The notes under the pieces are model-generated. The model was given only the letters and a program-made list of their open reading frames with translations. It was not told the origin of the DNA and made no database searches. Both the position numbers and the translations under genes were made by a program. Below, one piece after another: positions 19,501 through 30,305 of a stretch of 64,000 nucleotides of DNA (position 1 is the first letter of the stretch; every line of letters begins with the position of its first letter). The DNA comes from Tagaea sp. (GTDB lineage: Bacteria; Pseudomonadota; Alphaproteobacteria; CACIAM-22H2): assembly GCA_965279525.1 (NCBI GenBank), contig CBDIIB010000005.1, positions 608,001 through 672,000 of the forward strand, written 5' to 3'.

Positions 19501-20319
19501 ATGAGCGACCTCGCCACCCTGCGCTGGCTGATCGAGGCCGGGGCGGACGAGGCGGTCCTCGACACCCCCCTCGACCGGTTTTCCGCCCCGCCGCCCGTCG
19601 CCGTTCCGGCGACCGTCCGGCCGGCGCCGCGAATCGTGCCCGACATTCCCGCCGTCCCGGCCCCGACCCTCGCCGCCCCCCAGCCGGCGGCGCAGGCGGT
19701 CGTCTCGGCCCGCACCGCCGCCGCCGCCGCCCGCACTCTCGACGAGCTCAAGGCCGCCCTCGTCGCCTTCGAGGGCTGCGCCCTCAAGGCCACCGCGACC
19801 AACCTCGTCTTCGCCGACGGCAATCCCGCCGCCAAGATCATGCTGGTCGGCGAGGCCCCCGGGGCGGACGAGGACCGGCAGGGCAAACCTTTCGTCGGCG
19901 TCTCCGGCCAGCTCCTCGACCGGATGCTGGCGGCGATCGGCCTCGACCGGACAAGCGTCTACATCACCAACGTGGTCCCCTGGCGCCCGCCGGCCAACCG
20001 CACGCCAAGCGCCACGGAGCTGGCGATGTGCCTGCCCTTCGTGCAGCGGCACATCGCGCTGGTGAACCCGCAAGTTCTTGTTCTGGTAGGTGGAATTTCG
20101 GCAAAGGCCCTGCTCGACACGACCGAGGGGATCATGCGGCTGCGCGGCCGCTGGCGGACCTACCGCACCCCCGATATGGCGGCGGACATACCCGTGTTGC
20201 CGACATATCACCCTGCCTATTTGTTGCGCCAGCCCTCCCAAAAAAGGGATTCGTGGCGCGATTTATTGTCGATCAAACAAAAGATCACCAACAATATAAA
20301 TAACCCGGCAAGTAATTAG
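19501..20319 (+). CDS. Uracil-DNA glycosylase family 4
   Basis: [25 protein letters not shown]. Confidence 0.92.
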   Translation: MSDLATLRWLIEAGADEAVLDTPLDRFSAPPPVAVPATVRPAPRIVPDIPAVPAPTLAAPQPAAQAVVSARTAAAAARTLDELKAALVAFEGCALKATATNLVFADGNPAAKIMLVGEAPGADEDRQGKPFVGVSGQLLDRMLAAIGLDRTSVYITNVVPWRPPANRTPSATELAMCLPFVQRHIALVNPQVLVLVGGISAKALLDTTEGIMRLRGRWRTYRTPDMAADIPVLPTYHPAYLLRQPSQKRDSWRDLLSIKQKITNNINNPASN

Positions 20320-20407
20320 TGCCATCTATACTTTGAGCTAAGCTTGTGGAAAACTTGATATTTCTGCTTGCCTTGACCGGATATATTCGACTACCACTTC
20401 GCCAACC

Positions 20408-22444
20408 ATGAACAAATCGTTAATCTATATTTCCCGGTTGGCATATTTTTTCGGCACGGGCCTCTTCGGCCTGTCGCTGACCCTCTCCGCATCCGCAAAT
20501 GCCCAGACACGCGTCGAGACGGCGGCCCTGCCGCGCTTCGACGTCCAGCTCGACCGGACGGCCGAGCTGCCGCAGCCGCTGACCGCCGCCGATGTGCAGG
20601 CCTACCGGCAGGCATTCCAGCTCCAGCTCCGGGGCGCCTATGCCGATGCCGACATGGTCCTGCGGGGGGTCAAGAACCGCATGCTCGTCGGCCATGTGCT
20701 GGCCGAGCGCTATCTGAGCTCCCGCTACCGGTCCAGTGTGGAAGAACTGTCGAACTGGCTGCGGGACTACGCCGACCAGCCCGACGCGCGCGCCCTCTAT
20801 TCGCTGGCCGTCCGACGCCAGGGTGGCAAGGCCGCCAACCTGACCCGGCCGCGTGGCGAAGCTTCGTTCGCCGAACGCGCCTCGGCCGACGATCTGGGCC
20901 CGTCGCTCAACCGGCCGATCCCGCCGGGCAAGGGCGCGCCCGGGGCACCGGCGCTGCGCAACCGGCTCAAGGACCTGCTCGGCGACGGCAAGTTCGATGC
21001 GGCCGAGCGCATTCTGGTCGCCCGGGAAACAACTCACACGCTGTCGGCCGGCGAGATCGACCATTTCAAGGCGATGCTGGCCGCCGGCTGGTTCGCCCGC
21101 GGCGACGACGCCCAGGCGATCGAGTTCGCCGGCGCGGCCGCCGCACGCTCGGGCGCGCTGGTGCCGCGCGCCCACTGGATCGCCGGCCTCGCCCGCTTCC
21201 GCCAGGGCGACTACAACCGCGCGGTCGGACATTTCGAGACGCTCGCCCGCCTGCCGCAGGGCCAGCCCTGGGACATCGCGGCCGGCGCGTTCTGGGCAGC
21301 GCGCACGCATCTGCATGCCCGCCGGCCCGACGTCTACAATTCCTGGCTTGCCCTGGCGGCCGAGCATCCGCGCACGTTCTACGGCCTGCTCGCCGCGCGC
21401 ACGCTGGGCATCGATCCGGGCCTCAACTGGAACCCGCCCGCGCTCAGCCAGTCGGAGATCGACCAGCTCCAGCGCTATCCCGGCGCGCAACGCGTGTTCG
21501 CCCTGCTGCAGGTCGGACAGGACCGCCGCGCCGAGGCCGAGCTGCGCCGCGTCTACGCGCAGAGCGGCTCGGGCATCGTGCGCGCGATCCTTGCCGTCGC
21601 CATGCGCGCCAACATGCCCGGCCTCGCGATGCGCCTGGCGCGCGAGATCGCCGATCTCGACGGACGGCGCTTCGACGGCGCCTTCTACCCGATCCCGAAC
21701 TGGCAGCCGATCGGCGGCTACGACATCGACCCGGCCCTCGTCTTCGCGTTCATGCGCGTCGAATCCGCGTTCAATCCGGCGGCCCTCAGCCCGGCGGGTG
21801 CCCGCGGCCTCATGCAGCTGATGCCGGCGACGGCGGCGGCGATGGACGGCCGCTCGTTCCGCGGGCGGCTCGAACTGCTGCTCGAGCCCGAGGTCAATGT
21901 CACGCTCGGCCAGCGCTATATCCGCCATCTGCTCGACGAGCCGCTGGTGGGCGGCGAGATGGTCCGTCTCGCCGCGGCGTATAACGGCGGCATCGGCAAT
22001 CTCTCGCGCTGGAAGCGCCTGCAGGACAATCGCGGCGAGAAGCGCGAGGACGCGCTGCTGTTCATCGAAAGCCTGCCTGCGGCCGAGACGCGCCAGTTCA
22101 TCGCGCGCCTGCTCTATTCCTACTGGATGTACGCCGAACGGCTTGGCCAGGCCACGCCGTCGCTCGACCAGGTGGCGCAGGGCGAATGGCCGATCTACGT
22201 CGCGTCCGCCCCCGTCGCGACTCGGCCCGTCGCACCGGTCGCGCGCGATTCGGTCCAGCCGCCGCCGCCGCCGCCCGTGCTCGCCCCGCGCGACCAGACG
22301 ACGCTCGCGGCCCTCGCTGCCCCCGTGTTGCCGGCACCCGTTGCACCGGCACCCGTTGCAAGACCGGCCCCGGCTCCGGCAGTCTCGGTCCTGCCGCTGC
22401 CGCCCAGCCCCGCTCCCCGTCGCGAGGCCCGCGCGCGGCGCTAG
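20408..22444 (+). CDS. Soluble lytic transglycosylase (SLT domain) with Pro-rich tail
   Basis: RVESAF, GARGLMQLMP, AAYNGG, ETRQF. Confidence 0.9.
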   Translation: MNKSLIYISRLAYFFGTGLFGLSLTLSASANAQTRVETAALPRFDVQLDRTAELPQPLTAADVQAYRQAFQLQLRGAYADADMVLRGVKNRMLVGHVLAERYLSSRYRSSVEELSNWLRDYADQPDARALYSLAVRRQGGKAANLTRPRGEASFAERASADDLGPSLNRPIPPGKGAPGAPALRNRLKDLLGDGKFDAAERILVARETTHTLSAGEIDHFKAMLAAGWFARGDDAQAIEFAGAAAARSGALVPRAHWIAGLARFRQGDYNRAVGHFETLARLPQGQPWDIAAGAFWAARTHLHARRPDVYNSWLALAAEHPRTFYGLLAARTLGIDPGLNWNPPALSQSEIDQLQRYPGAQRVFALLQVGQDRRAEAELRRVYAQSGSGIVRAILAVAMRANMPGLAMRLAREIADLDGRRFDGAFYPIPNWQPIGGYDIDPALVFAFMRVESAFNPAALSPAGARGLMQLMPATAAAMDGRSFRGRLELLLEPEVNVTLGQRYIRHLLDEPLVGGEMVRLAAAYNGGIGNLSRWKRLQDNRGEKREDALLFIESLPAAETRQFIARLLYSYWMYAERLGQATPSLDQVAQGEWPIYVASAPVATRPVAPVARDSVQPPPPPPVLAPRDQTTLAALAAPVLPAPVAPAPVARPAPAPAVSVLPLPPSPAPRREARARR

Positions 22445-22465
22445 CCCCGGAAGGTGCCGCGCCCG

Positions 22466-23023
22466 ATGCCCAAGCTCGACGAATCCCGCCCCTTCCTTGC
22501 CTGCAACATCGCGGTCCTGACCGTTTCGGACACGCGCGATCCGGCGTCCGACCGCTCGGGCAACGCGCTTGGCGAGATGATCGCGCGCGACGGACACCGC
22601 GTGGCCGCACGCGCGATCGTGCGCGACGAGATCGCGCTCATCCAGGCGCAGCTCAAGGCCTGGATCGCCGATCCGGCGATCGACGTGGTGATCTCCACGG
22701 GCGGTACCGGCGTCACCGGGCGCGACGTGACGCCCGAGGCGTTCGAGCCGCTCTACGAGAAGAAGATCGACGGCTTCGGCGAGATGTTCAGGATGATCAG
22801 CTTCGGCAAGGTCGGCACGTCGGCGCTGCAGAGCCGTGCGACAGGCGGCGTTGCCGGCGGGACCTACCTGTTCGCGTTGCCGGGCTCGCCCTCGGCGTGT
22901 CGCGACGGCTGGGACGAGATCCTGAAATGGCAGCTCGACAATCGCCATCGCCCCTGCAACCTCGTGGAGCTGATGCCGCGCCTGCAGGAGCATCTGGCGG
23001 TCAAGCCGAAGGCGACGGTCTGA
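22466..23023 (+). CDS. moaB: Molybdenum cofactor biosynthesis protein B
   Basis: LTVSDTR, TGGTG.TGRDVTPEA, ALQSRA, LPGSP. Confidence 0.93.
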   Translation: MPKLDESRPFLACNIAVLTVSDTRDPASDRSGNALGEMIARDGHRVAARAIVRDEIALIQAQLKAWIADPAIDVVISTGGTGVTGRDVTPEAFEPLYEKKIDGFGEMFRMISFGKVGTSALQSRATGGVAGGTYLFALPGSPSACRDGWDEILKWQLDNRHRPCNLVELMPRLQEHLAVKPKATV

Positions 23024-23027
23024 CGCC

Positions 23028-23819
23028 TCACGCGATTTCGAACAGATGCGCGTCGATCCGGTGGACGATGTCGAATTCCGGCGGGGCGATGCGTGCGAGC
23101 AACTCGGCGTGCGCCGCGTCGAACGCGGCGACGGCCGCGTCATCCAGCGTGGCTCCCACGCCGCGGCATGCGCGCATGCGCCCGCGCCAGCTTTCGGCCG
23201 TGAAGCGGACAGGCGCGTCGAACCAGAACATCGCGCGCAGGTTCAGTCCGCGTCTGGCTGCCCAGTCCGGGACCGGCGGGACCGTCCCCACCCAGTCGCC
23301 GCCGCGCCAGGCGGGGTTGAACTCGAGCACCAGCGCCTCGCTCGCCTGCGCGATCGGATTGAGGCGCGGCAGCCAGGTGAAATGGCTCGTCGACAGCGTG
23401 CCGCCGGGAACGAGCACGCGGCGCAACTCGGCAAGCGTGCGATCGGGATCGAAATAGAGCCAGCACTGGTTGGCGGTCGCCACGTCGAACGAACGGGCCT
23501 CGAACGGCGTGGTTTCGGCCGGCGCCACCTCGAAACGGCCGGCAAGCCCTTCGTCGGCCGCAAGCCGGCGCGCGGCCTCGATCTGGCCGGCGGCGATGTC
23601 GATCCCGGCGACGACGCTGCCCTGGCGCGCGAACTGGCGGGCCAGCAGCCCGGTCCCGGTCGCAAGGTCGAGGACGCGCTGGCCGGGCAGGCCGATGCCG
23701 AGGGCGGCCAGTCGCCGGAAAAATTCTTCCGGCGGCCCCGGCCGATGGCGGGCATAGTCGGCGCTCGTCCGGCTCCAGTCGATGGCGCGGCCCGGATCGA
23801 TGTTGGAAATCCCGTGCAT
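23028..23819 (-). CDS. Class I SAM-dependent methyltransferase
   Basis: VLDLATGTG motif I. Confidence 0.88.
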   Translation of the reverse strand: MHGISNIDPGRAIDWSRTSADYARHRPGPPEEFFRRLAALGIGLPGQRVLDLATGTGLLARQFARQGSVVAGIDIAAGQIEAARRLAADEGLAGRFEVAPAETTPFEARSFDVATANQCWLYFDPDRTLAELRRVLVPGGTLSTSHFTWLPRLNPIAQASEALVLEFNPAWRGGDWVGTVPPVPDWAARRGLNLRAMFWFDAPVRFTAESWRGRMRACRGVGATLDDAAVAAFDAAHAELLARIAPPEFDIVHRIDAHLFEIA

Positions 23820-23888
23820 GGGCCCAAGCATGGCCCGGCTTCAAGCCAATCGCCAAGTGCTACAAAAACATTGTAGAAACGCCGGACC

Positions 23889-24899
23889 ATGACGATGCCC
23901 GCTTCCACCGCCGTTTTCGCCGCCCTGCGCGCCCTACCGCGATTCGCCGAGCTGCCGGAAAATTCGCTTGTCCCGCTCGAACGCAAGGGACTGGCGCACG
24001 CCCATTTGCGCGTCACCGGCGGAAGGGCACTCGTGCGCATCCCGCTTGCGGCGTTCGGCGGTCTCGACGCGCCGTCGAGCCTCGCGCGCGAAGCCGAGTG
24101 TTTCGCGCGCGCGCAGCTTTCCGACGCCACGCCGCGCCTGCTTGGCGTGCTGCCGGTTTCGGGCGACCTGCCGTTCGGCGCCCTCGTCGTCGACGACATT
24201 CCGGGCGGTGCCCCGCGCCTGCCGGGCGAGCTGCCGGCGATCGCCAGCGCGCTTGCCGCGATCCACAAGCTGAAGCTGCCCGACGCCGCCGCGCGTGCCC
24301 CCATCGATTCGCCCGCCGATCCGATCGGCGACATCGTCGCCGGCATCGACGCGAACCTGAAGCTCGTCGACAAGGCCGGCCTCGACCCCAAGGTCAAGCT
24401 GGCGTTCGGCCACGAGATCGTCTGGGCGAAGGACTTCGCGGCGACCAACGCCAAGCGCTTCGCCACGCTGACGCGGGCTCTGTGCCTGGTCGATACGCAT
24501 CCGGGCAATTTCGTCGCGGCCCCCGGGGCCCGCGCCTATGCGGTCGATCTGGAAAAATGCATCTACGGCCTGCCGGGGCTGGACGTCGTCCACGCGATCA
24601 TCCTGCCATCGACGAGCTGGGATCCGGACTGTGCCGCAACGCTCGATTCCGGCCAGATCGACGGATTCCTGCGCGCGTGGGCGAACAAGGTCGGCGATCC
24701 GATCGCGCGCGAAACAGTCTCGCTGCTGCGCCCGTTCCGCCGGCTCGTGTGGCTGCGCACCACATCGGTGTTCCTGCGCTTCAAGGTCGAAGGCACGCAC
24801 AAGGCGCTCGACCCGCGTCCCGCCGAACACGCCCAGCGCGCGATCGACGCGGCCCTCGATCCCGCGACCGTCGCCAGCCAGCGCAAGGCGTGGAGCTGA
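23889..24899 (+). CDS. APH/choline-kinase-like phosphotransferase
   Basis: DTHPGN and DLE kinase-like motifs. Confidence 0.7.
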   Translation: MTMPASTAVFAALRALPRFAELPENSLVPLERKGLAHAHLRVTGGRALVRIPLAAFGGLDAPSSLAREAECFARAQLSDATPRLLGVLPVSGDLPFGALVVDDIPGGAPRLPGELPAIASALAAIHKLKLPDAAARAPIDSPADPIGDIVAGIDANLKLVDKAGLDPKVKLAFGHEIVWAKDFAATNAKRFATLTRALCLVDTHPGNFVAAPGARAYAVDLEKCIYGLPGLDVVHAIILPSTSWDPDCAATLDSGQIDGFLRAWANKVGDPIARETVSLLRPFRRLVWLRTTSVFLRFKVEGTHKALDPRPAEHAQRAIDAALDPATVASQRKAWS

Positions 24900-24903
24900 A
24901 CGC

Positions 24904-25173
24904 CTAGGCCCGAAGGCCGAGGCGCACGCCGTCATGGAAGATGTCGGCCTTGGTCACGTCGACCGGCCGCGGATCCTCGATCCATTCCTCAGTCACGATC
25001 CGCGTTTCATCGGCGAACGCGATGGTCCAGGTGCGGGACCCGTCTTCCGAAAATTCGATCGACATGATCGAGATCGCGCGGCGGTTGAGCAGCGCGTGGC
25101 GCTCGATCGCGGCGGCGACCTTTGAGGCTTCGTAGCGGGGCGCCGCATGCAGCTTCAAGGCGGGTGCACTCAT
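24904..25173 (-). CDS. Small hypothetical protein
   Basis: 89-aa ORF filling the intergenic gap. Confidence 0.45.
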   Translation of the reverse strand: MSAPALKLHAAPRYEASKVAAAIERHALLNRRAISIMSIEFSEDGSRTWTIAFADETRIVTEEWIEDPRPVDVTKADIFHDGVRLGLRA

Positions 25174-25266
25174 CTGGAACGGGAACTCCAAGGGGTCGGG
25201 TGTGTATGGCGTCGTCAGTTAAGCCCGGCCGGGTTTCGAATTTCCTAAGGTGGTCAGAACCCTTAA

Positions 25267-25281
25267 GTTCTTGAAATGTTC
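25267..25281 (+). promoter_or_regulatory. LexA (SOS) box
   Basis: GTTC-TTGAAAT-GTTC, exact alphaproteobacterial GTTC-N7-GTTC, 26 nt before the radical SAM start. Confidence 0.8.
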
Positions 25282-25307
25282 TCATTGGCGATATAGGCTC
25301 TCCCCCG

Positions 25308-26390
25308 ATGGTCGATATCCTTCCAGATCGTGCGCACAAGGGCCGCGGGGCGGTTTCAAACCAGGTCGGCCGCTTCGAGGCCCAGGCCCGCGTGGCCGTC
25401 GATGACGGCTGGGAACCGGACCCCGAGGACGAACTGCCGACCTTGCGCACGCATGTCGCGCGCGACGCCACGCGCACGATCATCAGCCGCAACGAATCGC
25501 CCGACATCCCGTTCACCCAGTCGATCAATCCCTATCGCGGCTGCGAGCATGGCTGCGTGTATTGCTACGCTCGGCCCACGCACGCCTATCTCGGCCTGTC
25601 GCCGGGCCTCGATTTCGAGACGAAGCTGTTCGCCAAGCCGGAAGCCGCGATGCTGCTGGCGGCCGAGCTGCGCAAGCCCGGCTACAAGCCGATGGCCATC
25701 GCGATGGGCACCAACACCGATCCCTACCAGCCGGTCGAGCGCGAGCACCGGATCACCCGCCAGATCCTCGAGACGCTGCGCGATTTCGGCCATCCGTTCT
25801 CGATCGTCACCAAGTCCGCACTTGTCCTTCGCGATCTCGACATCATCGGGCCGATGGCCGCGCGCAACCTCGCGCACGTGTTCGTGTCGGTCACCACGCT
25901 CGACCGCGAGCTCGCGCGCACGATGGAGCCGCGCGCGTCCACGCCCGGCCGGCGGCTCGACGCGATCCGCGGGCTGGCGGCGGCCGGCGTCAAGGTCGGC
26001 GTGATGGCCGCTCCGATGATCCCCGCGCTCAACGACATGGAATTGGAAGCCATCCTCGAAGCCGCGCGCGATGCCGGTGCCACCAGTGCGGGCTACACGC
26101 TGCTGCGCCTGCCGCTGGAGCTGAAGGAACTGTTCGACGAATGGCTGGAGACACACGTCCCGCTCAAGCGCAGCCACGTTCTGTCGCTGGTGCGCGACAT
26201 GCGCGGCGGCGCGCTCAACAGCGCCCAGTTCGGCAAGCGCTTCACGGGCGAAGGGGCCTATGCCGAAATGGTCTCGAAGCGCTTCCGCGCGGCGCGGGCA
26301 CGCCTCGGTCTCGACCGCAACGACTGGACCTACGACCTCGCGCAGTTCCGCCCCCCGCCGCAGGCCGGCGACCAGATGGCGCTGTTCTAG
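25308..26390 (+). CDS. Radical SAM protein, PA0069/SplB-like putative DNA-repair family
   Basis: NPYRGCEHGCVYCYAR, TDPYQP. Confidence 0.92.
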   Translation: MVDILPDRAHKGRGAVSNQVGRFEAQARVAVDDGWEPDPEDELPTLRTHVARDATRTIISRNESPDIPFTQSINPYRGCEHGCVYCYARPTHAYLGLSPGLDFETKLFAKPEAAMLLAAELRKPGYKPMAIAMGTNTDPYQPVEREHRITRQILETLRDFGHPFSIVTKSALVLRDLDIIGPMAARNLAHVFVSVTTLDRELARTMEPRASTPGRRLDAIRGLAAAGVKVGVMAAPMIPALNDMELEAILEAARDAGATSAGYTLLRLPLELKELFDEWLETHVPLKRSHVLSLVRDMRGGALNSAQFGKRFTGEGAYAEMVSKRFRAARARLGLDRNDWTYDLAQFRPPPQAGDQMALF

Positions 26391-27247
26391 CCCCGGTCCT
26401 TGAACCGGTACGGGTGTGCCGGATAGACGCCGATGATCTTGACCATGTCGGAGAAGAACGCGAGTTCCTCCAGCGCCAATTCGAGCGACCGGTCGGCGGG
26501 ATGGCCCTCGACGTCGGCATAGAACTGCGTGGCGGTGAAGCGCCCGCCCATCATGTAGCTCTCGAGCTTCGTCATGTTGACGCCGTTCGTCGCGAAGCCG
26601 CCCATCGCCTTGTAGAGCGCTGCCGGGCGGTTCTTGACGCGGAACACGAACGTGGTGACTGCGGTGCCCTTGCCCGGATCGGCGATCTGCGACTTCTTCG
26701 ACAGGATCACGAAGCGCGTCGTGTTGTGGTCTTCGTCCTCGACATCCTTGCGCAGCGACCTGAGGCCGTAGATCTCGCCAGCAAGGGACGACGCGATCGC
26801 CGCGCGCGTGGGATCGTTCGCGCGCGCGATCTCGGCGGCGGAACCCGCCGTGTCGGCGCCCACGACGCGCTTCAGGCCCAGCTTCTTCATCGATCCGCGG
26901 CACTGGTCGAGCGCCTGGACGTGGCTCTGCACCGTGCGGATCGTCTCGAGCGTGGCGCCGCGCGGGGCGAGCAGATGGTGGTTCACGCGCTGGAAATGTT
27001 CGCCCACGATGTGCAGGCCCGCTTCCGGGATCAGGTGGTGGATTTCCGCCACGCGACCGGCCAGCGAATTCTCGATCGGGATCATCGCGAGGGCCGCACG
27101 GCCCCGGCGTACCGCCTCGAACGCGTCCTCGAAGCTCGGGCACGGCAGCGGCTCGAACGCCGGCCGGGCCGCCTTGCAGGCGAGGTGCGAATAGGCGCCC
27201 GGAACGCCCTGGAAGGCGATCCGTGCGGGCGGTTTGCGTTGGGGCAT
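26387..27247 (-). CDS. pheA: Prephenate dehydratase
   Basis: FQGVPGAYS, IENS, NTTRF, ACT domain TKLESY. Confidence 0.93.
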   Translation of the reverse strand: MPQRKPPARIAFQGVPGAYSHLACKAARPAFEPLPCPSFEDAFEAVRRGRAALAMIPIENSLAGRVAEIHHLIPEAGLHIVGEHFQRVNHHLLAPRGATLETIRTVQSHVQALDQCRGSMKKLGLKRVVGADTAGSAAEIARANDPTRAAIASSLAGEIYGLRSLRKDVEDEDHNTTRFVILSKKSQIADPGKGTAVTTFVFRVKNRPAALYKAMGGFATNGVNMTKLESYMMGGRFTATQFYADVEGHPADRSLELALEELAFFSDMVKIIGVYPAHPYRFKDRG

Positions 27248-27457
27248 GCGCGTTTACCTTGTCGGGGCCAAGTGACGGGGCGCGGAGTATCGGGGCCGCG
27301 CCCCACGCGCGTCAACAGCCCCCCTGCGGCAGGACGCCGCAGGCGGGGCCAAGCCGCGTGAGGGTTGCACGGGCCGCCGGTCGCCTCTAGATTGCCGCAA
27401 TTCGAGCCGGGTCAGACCCTTGGGCCCGGGGACGCATTTCGACACGAGAGCGGGATC

Positions 27458-27997
27458 ATGAACGCTTACGAACTCAACAAGATCTTCGGCGCGGTCGTTT
27501 CGTCGATCCTCGCGGTGACGGTGATCGGCTTCCTCGCCAACATGCTCGTGCATCCCCGCCTGCTCGAGAAGAGCGTCATCGACATCAAGGTCGCCGATGA
27601 GCCGGCCGCCGGCGGTGCCGCTGCCGCTGCCCCGGTCGCCCTCGACCCGATCGCACCCTTGCTGGCCAAGGCCGACGCCGACGCCGGCAAGGCCGTCACC
27701 AAGAACTGCACGTCGTGCCACTCGTTCGACAAGGGCGGGAAGAACGGCGTGGGCCCCAATCTGTGGGACGTCGTCGGGAACAAGCAGGCGCACATTTCCG
27801 GCTTCGGCTATTCGCCGGCCCTCCAGGGCGCGGGTGGCACCTGGGACTACGAAAAGATCAACGCGTTCCTCGCCAACCCGAAGGCAGCCGTGCCGGGCAC
27901 GCGCATGGCGTTCGCGGGCCTGCGCCGCGCCGACGACCGGGCCAACCTGATCGCCTACATGCGCAGCCTGTCGGACAGCCCCAAGCCGCTTCCGTAG
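27458..27997 (+). CDS. Membrane-anchored cytochrome c (CycM/cy-type)
   Basis: N-terminal TM, CTSCH heme motif, GPNL, PGTRMAF. Confidence 0.92.
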   Translation: MNAYELNKIFGAVVSSILAVTVIGFLANMLVHPRLLEKSVIDIKVADEPAAGGAAAAAPVALDPIAPLLAKADADAGKAVTKNCTSCHSFDKGGKNGVGPNLWDVVGNKQAHISGFGYSPALQGAGGTWDYEKINAFLANPKAAVPGTRMAFAGLRRADDRANLIAYMRSLSDSPKPLP

Positions 27998-28051
27998 CGT
28001 AGACTCCGTCGGCGGATTTCCGCCGACCTTCGCGACAAGAACGAGACGGCA

Positions 28052-28321
28052 ATGGCCGAGCAGACATTCAACGTTTCCGTCGTGCCGATCGGCGGCGTGC
28101 AGATCGCCATCGTGCATGTCGACGCCGCCTCGTGCTCGACGCCCGAGATGCAGTCGCGCTCGATGAAATTCTTCCAGGCGCGCCTCCAGGGCAAGCAGGT
28201 CGTGCTGATGTATGTCGACCTGACGCGCAAGCCCGTGTTCATCGGCCCCGCCCATCTCGCCACGGCCCTGCGCGGCAAGGGCCTGTCGGAGTTCCAGTGG
28301 CAGAAGGCGGTCTTCCGCTGA
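28052..28321 (+). CDS. Small hypothetical protein
   Basis: 89-aa ORF with host-like codons, ending 1 nt before the creatininase start. Confidence 0.6.
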   Translation: MAEQTFNVSVVPIGGVQIAIVHVDAASCSTPEMQSRSMKFFQARLQGKQVVLMYVDLTRKPVFIGPAHLATALRGKGLSEFQWQKAVFR

Positions 28322-28322
28322 C

Positions 28323-29129
28323 ATGAGCCGGCTCCCGAAGCGCTACTGGCAGGACATGACGTGGCCGGAGTTCGACGCGCTCGACAAGGAGCGCGTCATC
28401 GCCGTGCTGCCGGTGGCCGCGATCGAGCAGCACGGGCCGCATCTGCCGGTCTATGTCGACACCTGCATCAATGCCGGCATCGTCGCGCGCACGGTCGAAT
28501 TGCTGCCCGACGACCTGCCGGTGACGTTCCTGCCGGCGATGCCGGTGGGCAAGTCGAACGAGCACATCTCGTTCCCGGGCACGCTGACGCTGTCGGCCGA
28601 GACGCTGACGCGCCTGTGGACCGAGATCGGCGACTCGGTCGCGCGCGCGGGCATCCGCAAGTTCGTCATCTTCAACAGCCATGGCGGCCAGCCGCAGGTC
28701 GCCGAGATCGTCTGCCGGGACCTGCGCGTGCGTCACAAGATGTTCGCGGCCACGATCAACACCTACGGCCTCGGCAAGCCGCCGGGCATCTTCCCGGCCG
28801 ACGAGCTGCGCTTCGGCATCCATGCCGGCTCGAGCGAGACGTCGGTGATGATGCATCTACGCGGCGACCTGGTTAAGGAATCCGAATGCCGGAACTTCGA
28901 GCCGCTGACCGCGAAGCTTTCCAAGGAGAGTCCGATCCTGGCCGGCGAGGGGCGCATCCTCTTCGGCTGGGAAGTGCAGGACCTCAACCCTGCCGGTGCG
29001 TGCGGTAACGCGCTCGACGCCGACGCCGAGCGCGGCCGGCAGGTCGTCGATCATGCGGCCCGGCGGTTCGTCCAGGCGCTTGGCGAGATCGACAGGTATC
29101 CGCTGACGAACATCGTCGTGCGGAAATAG
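28323..29129 (+). CDS. Creatininase-family amidohydrolase
   Basis: EQHGPHLP..D, S.EH..FPGT, NSHGG, HAG..ETS. Confidence 0.92.
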   Translation: MSRLPKRYWQDMTWPEFDALDKERVIAVLPVAAIEQHGPHLPVYVDTCINAGIVARTVELLPDDLPVTFLPAMPVGKSNEHISFPGTLTLSAETLTRLWTEIGDSVARAGIRKFVIFNSHGGQPQVAEIVCRDLRVRHKMFAATINTYGLGKPPGIFPADELRFGIHAGSSETSVMMHLRGDLVKESECRNFEPLTAKLSKESPILAGEGRILFGWEVQDLNPAGACGNALDADAERGRQVVDHAARRFVQALGEIDRYPLTNIVVRK

Positions 29130-29291
29130 CCCACAAGGGCAATTGGCAGGTTGCCGTTTTTTCGGGCAGCCTTATATTCGGTTTCCCAAGCAGCGCGCGG
29201 TTTTCGTGCCGGCGACCATGGTACGGGAATTGCTGTTCGAGCCTACGCGCAACGCCCCCTTGAGTATCCCTGCCCGACAAGGAGCAAACCC

Positions 29292-30305
29292 ATGAGCGGA
29301 AACCGCATTTCGCGTCGCCAGTCCCTCGGCCTGTTCGGTGCCGCAGCGGCCGCAGCGACGCTTCCGGCGCCGGCCTTGCGCGCCCAGACACTCGACAAGT
29401 TCTCCTACCAGACCAACTGGCGCGCCCAGGCCGAGCATGGCGGCTTCTATCAGGCCGTCGCGACGGGCATCTACCGCAAGTACGGCATCGATGCCGACAT
29501 CAAGATGGGCGGTCCGCAACAGGATCCCAACCAGCTTCTCGTCGGCGGGCGCGTCGACGCGATCATGTCGAACTCGTTCGCCGGCTTCAATTACGCGCGC
29601 GAGAACCTGCCCTTCGTCGTGGTCGCCGCGGTGATGCAGAAGGACCCGCAGGTGCTGATCTCGCACCCGGGCATGGGCAACGACACGCTGCCCGCTCTCA
29701 AGGGCAAGCCGGTGCTGATCGGCGCCGGCGGCCGCTCGTCGTACTGGCCTTGGCTCAAGTCCAAGTTCGGCTTCAACGACGAGCAGATCCGCCCCTACAC
29801 CTTCAACATGGCGCCGTTCCTCGCGGACAAGACGCTCTCGCAGCAGGGCTTCCTGTCGAGCGAGCCGTTCGCCATCGAACAGGCCGGCGTCAAGCCGGTC
29901 GTGCACCTGCTCGCCGACTACGGCTTCGACAACTACCAGACGACCATCAACTCGTCGTGGAAGCTGGTCAACGAGAAGCCCGATCTCGTTCAGCGCTTCG
30001 TCAGCGCCTCGATCGAGGGCTGGGTCTCCTACCTCAAGGGCGATCCGGCACCGGCCAACGCGCTCATCAAGCGCGACAACCCCGACATGGACGACGTCAA
30101 GATCGCCTACGCGCACAAGGCGATGAACGACAAGGGCATCGTCGACTCGGGCGACTCCAAGACGCTCGGCGTGGGTTGCATGACCGACGCGCGCTGGAAG
30201 GGCTTCTACGAGGCGATGGTTGCCGCCGGCGCGCAGCCGGCCGGCCTCGACCTCGCGAAGGCCTATACGCTGCGCTTCGTGAACAAGCGCGTCGGGATGG
30301 GATGA
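29292..30305 (+). CDS. ABC substrate-binding protein, NMT1/THI5-like
   Basis: Tat-like SRRQSL leader; NWRAQAEHGGFYQA. Confidence 0.9.
   Translation: MSGNRISRRQSLGLFGAAAAAATLPAPALRAQTLDKFSYQTNWRAQAEHGGFYQAVATGIYRKYGIDADIKMGGPQQDPNQLLVGGRVDAIMSNSFAGFNYARENLPFVVVAAVMQKDPQVLISHPGMGNDTLPALKGKPVLIGAGGRSSYWPWLKSKFGFNDEQIRPYTFNMAPFLADKTLSQQGFLSSEPFAIEQAGVKPVVHLLADYGFDNYQTTINSSWKLVNEKPDLVQRFVSASIEGWVSYLKGDPAPANALIKRDNPDMDDVKIAYAHKAMNDKGIVDSGDSKTLGVGCMTDARWKGFYEAMVAAGAQPAGLDLAKAYTLRFVNKRVGMG

Noticed and set aside
22255-22430. Short tandem repeats (GCACCCGTTGCA)
   Set aside because: They encode the Pro/Ala-rich tail of the transglycosylase.
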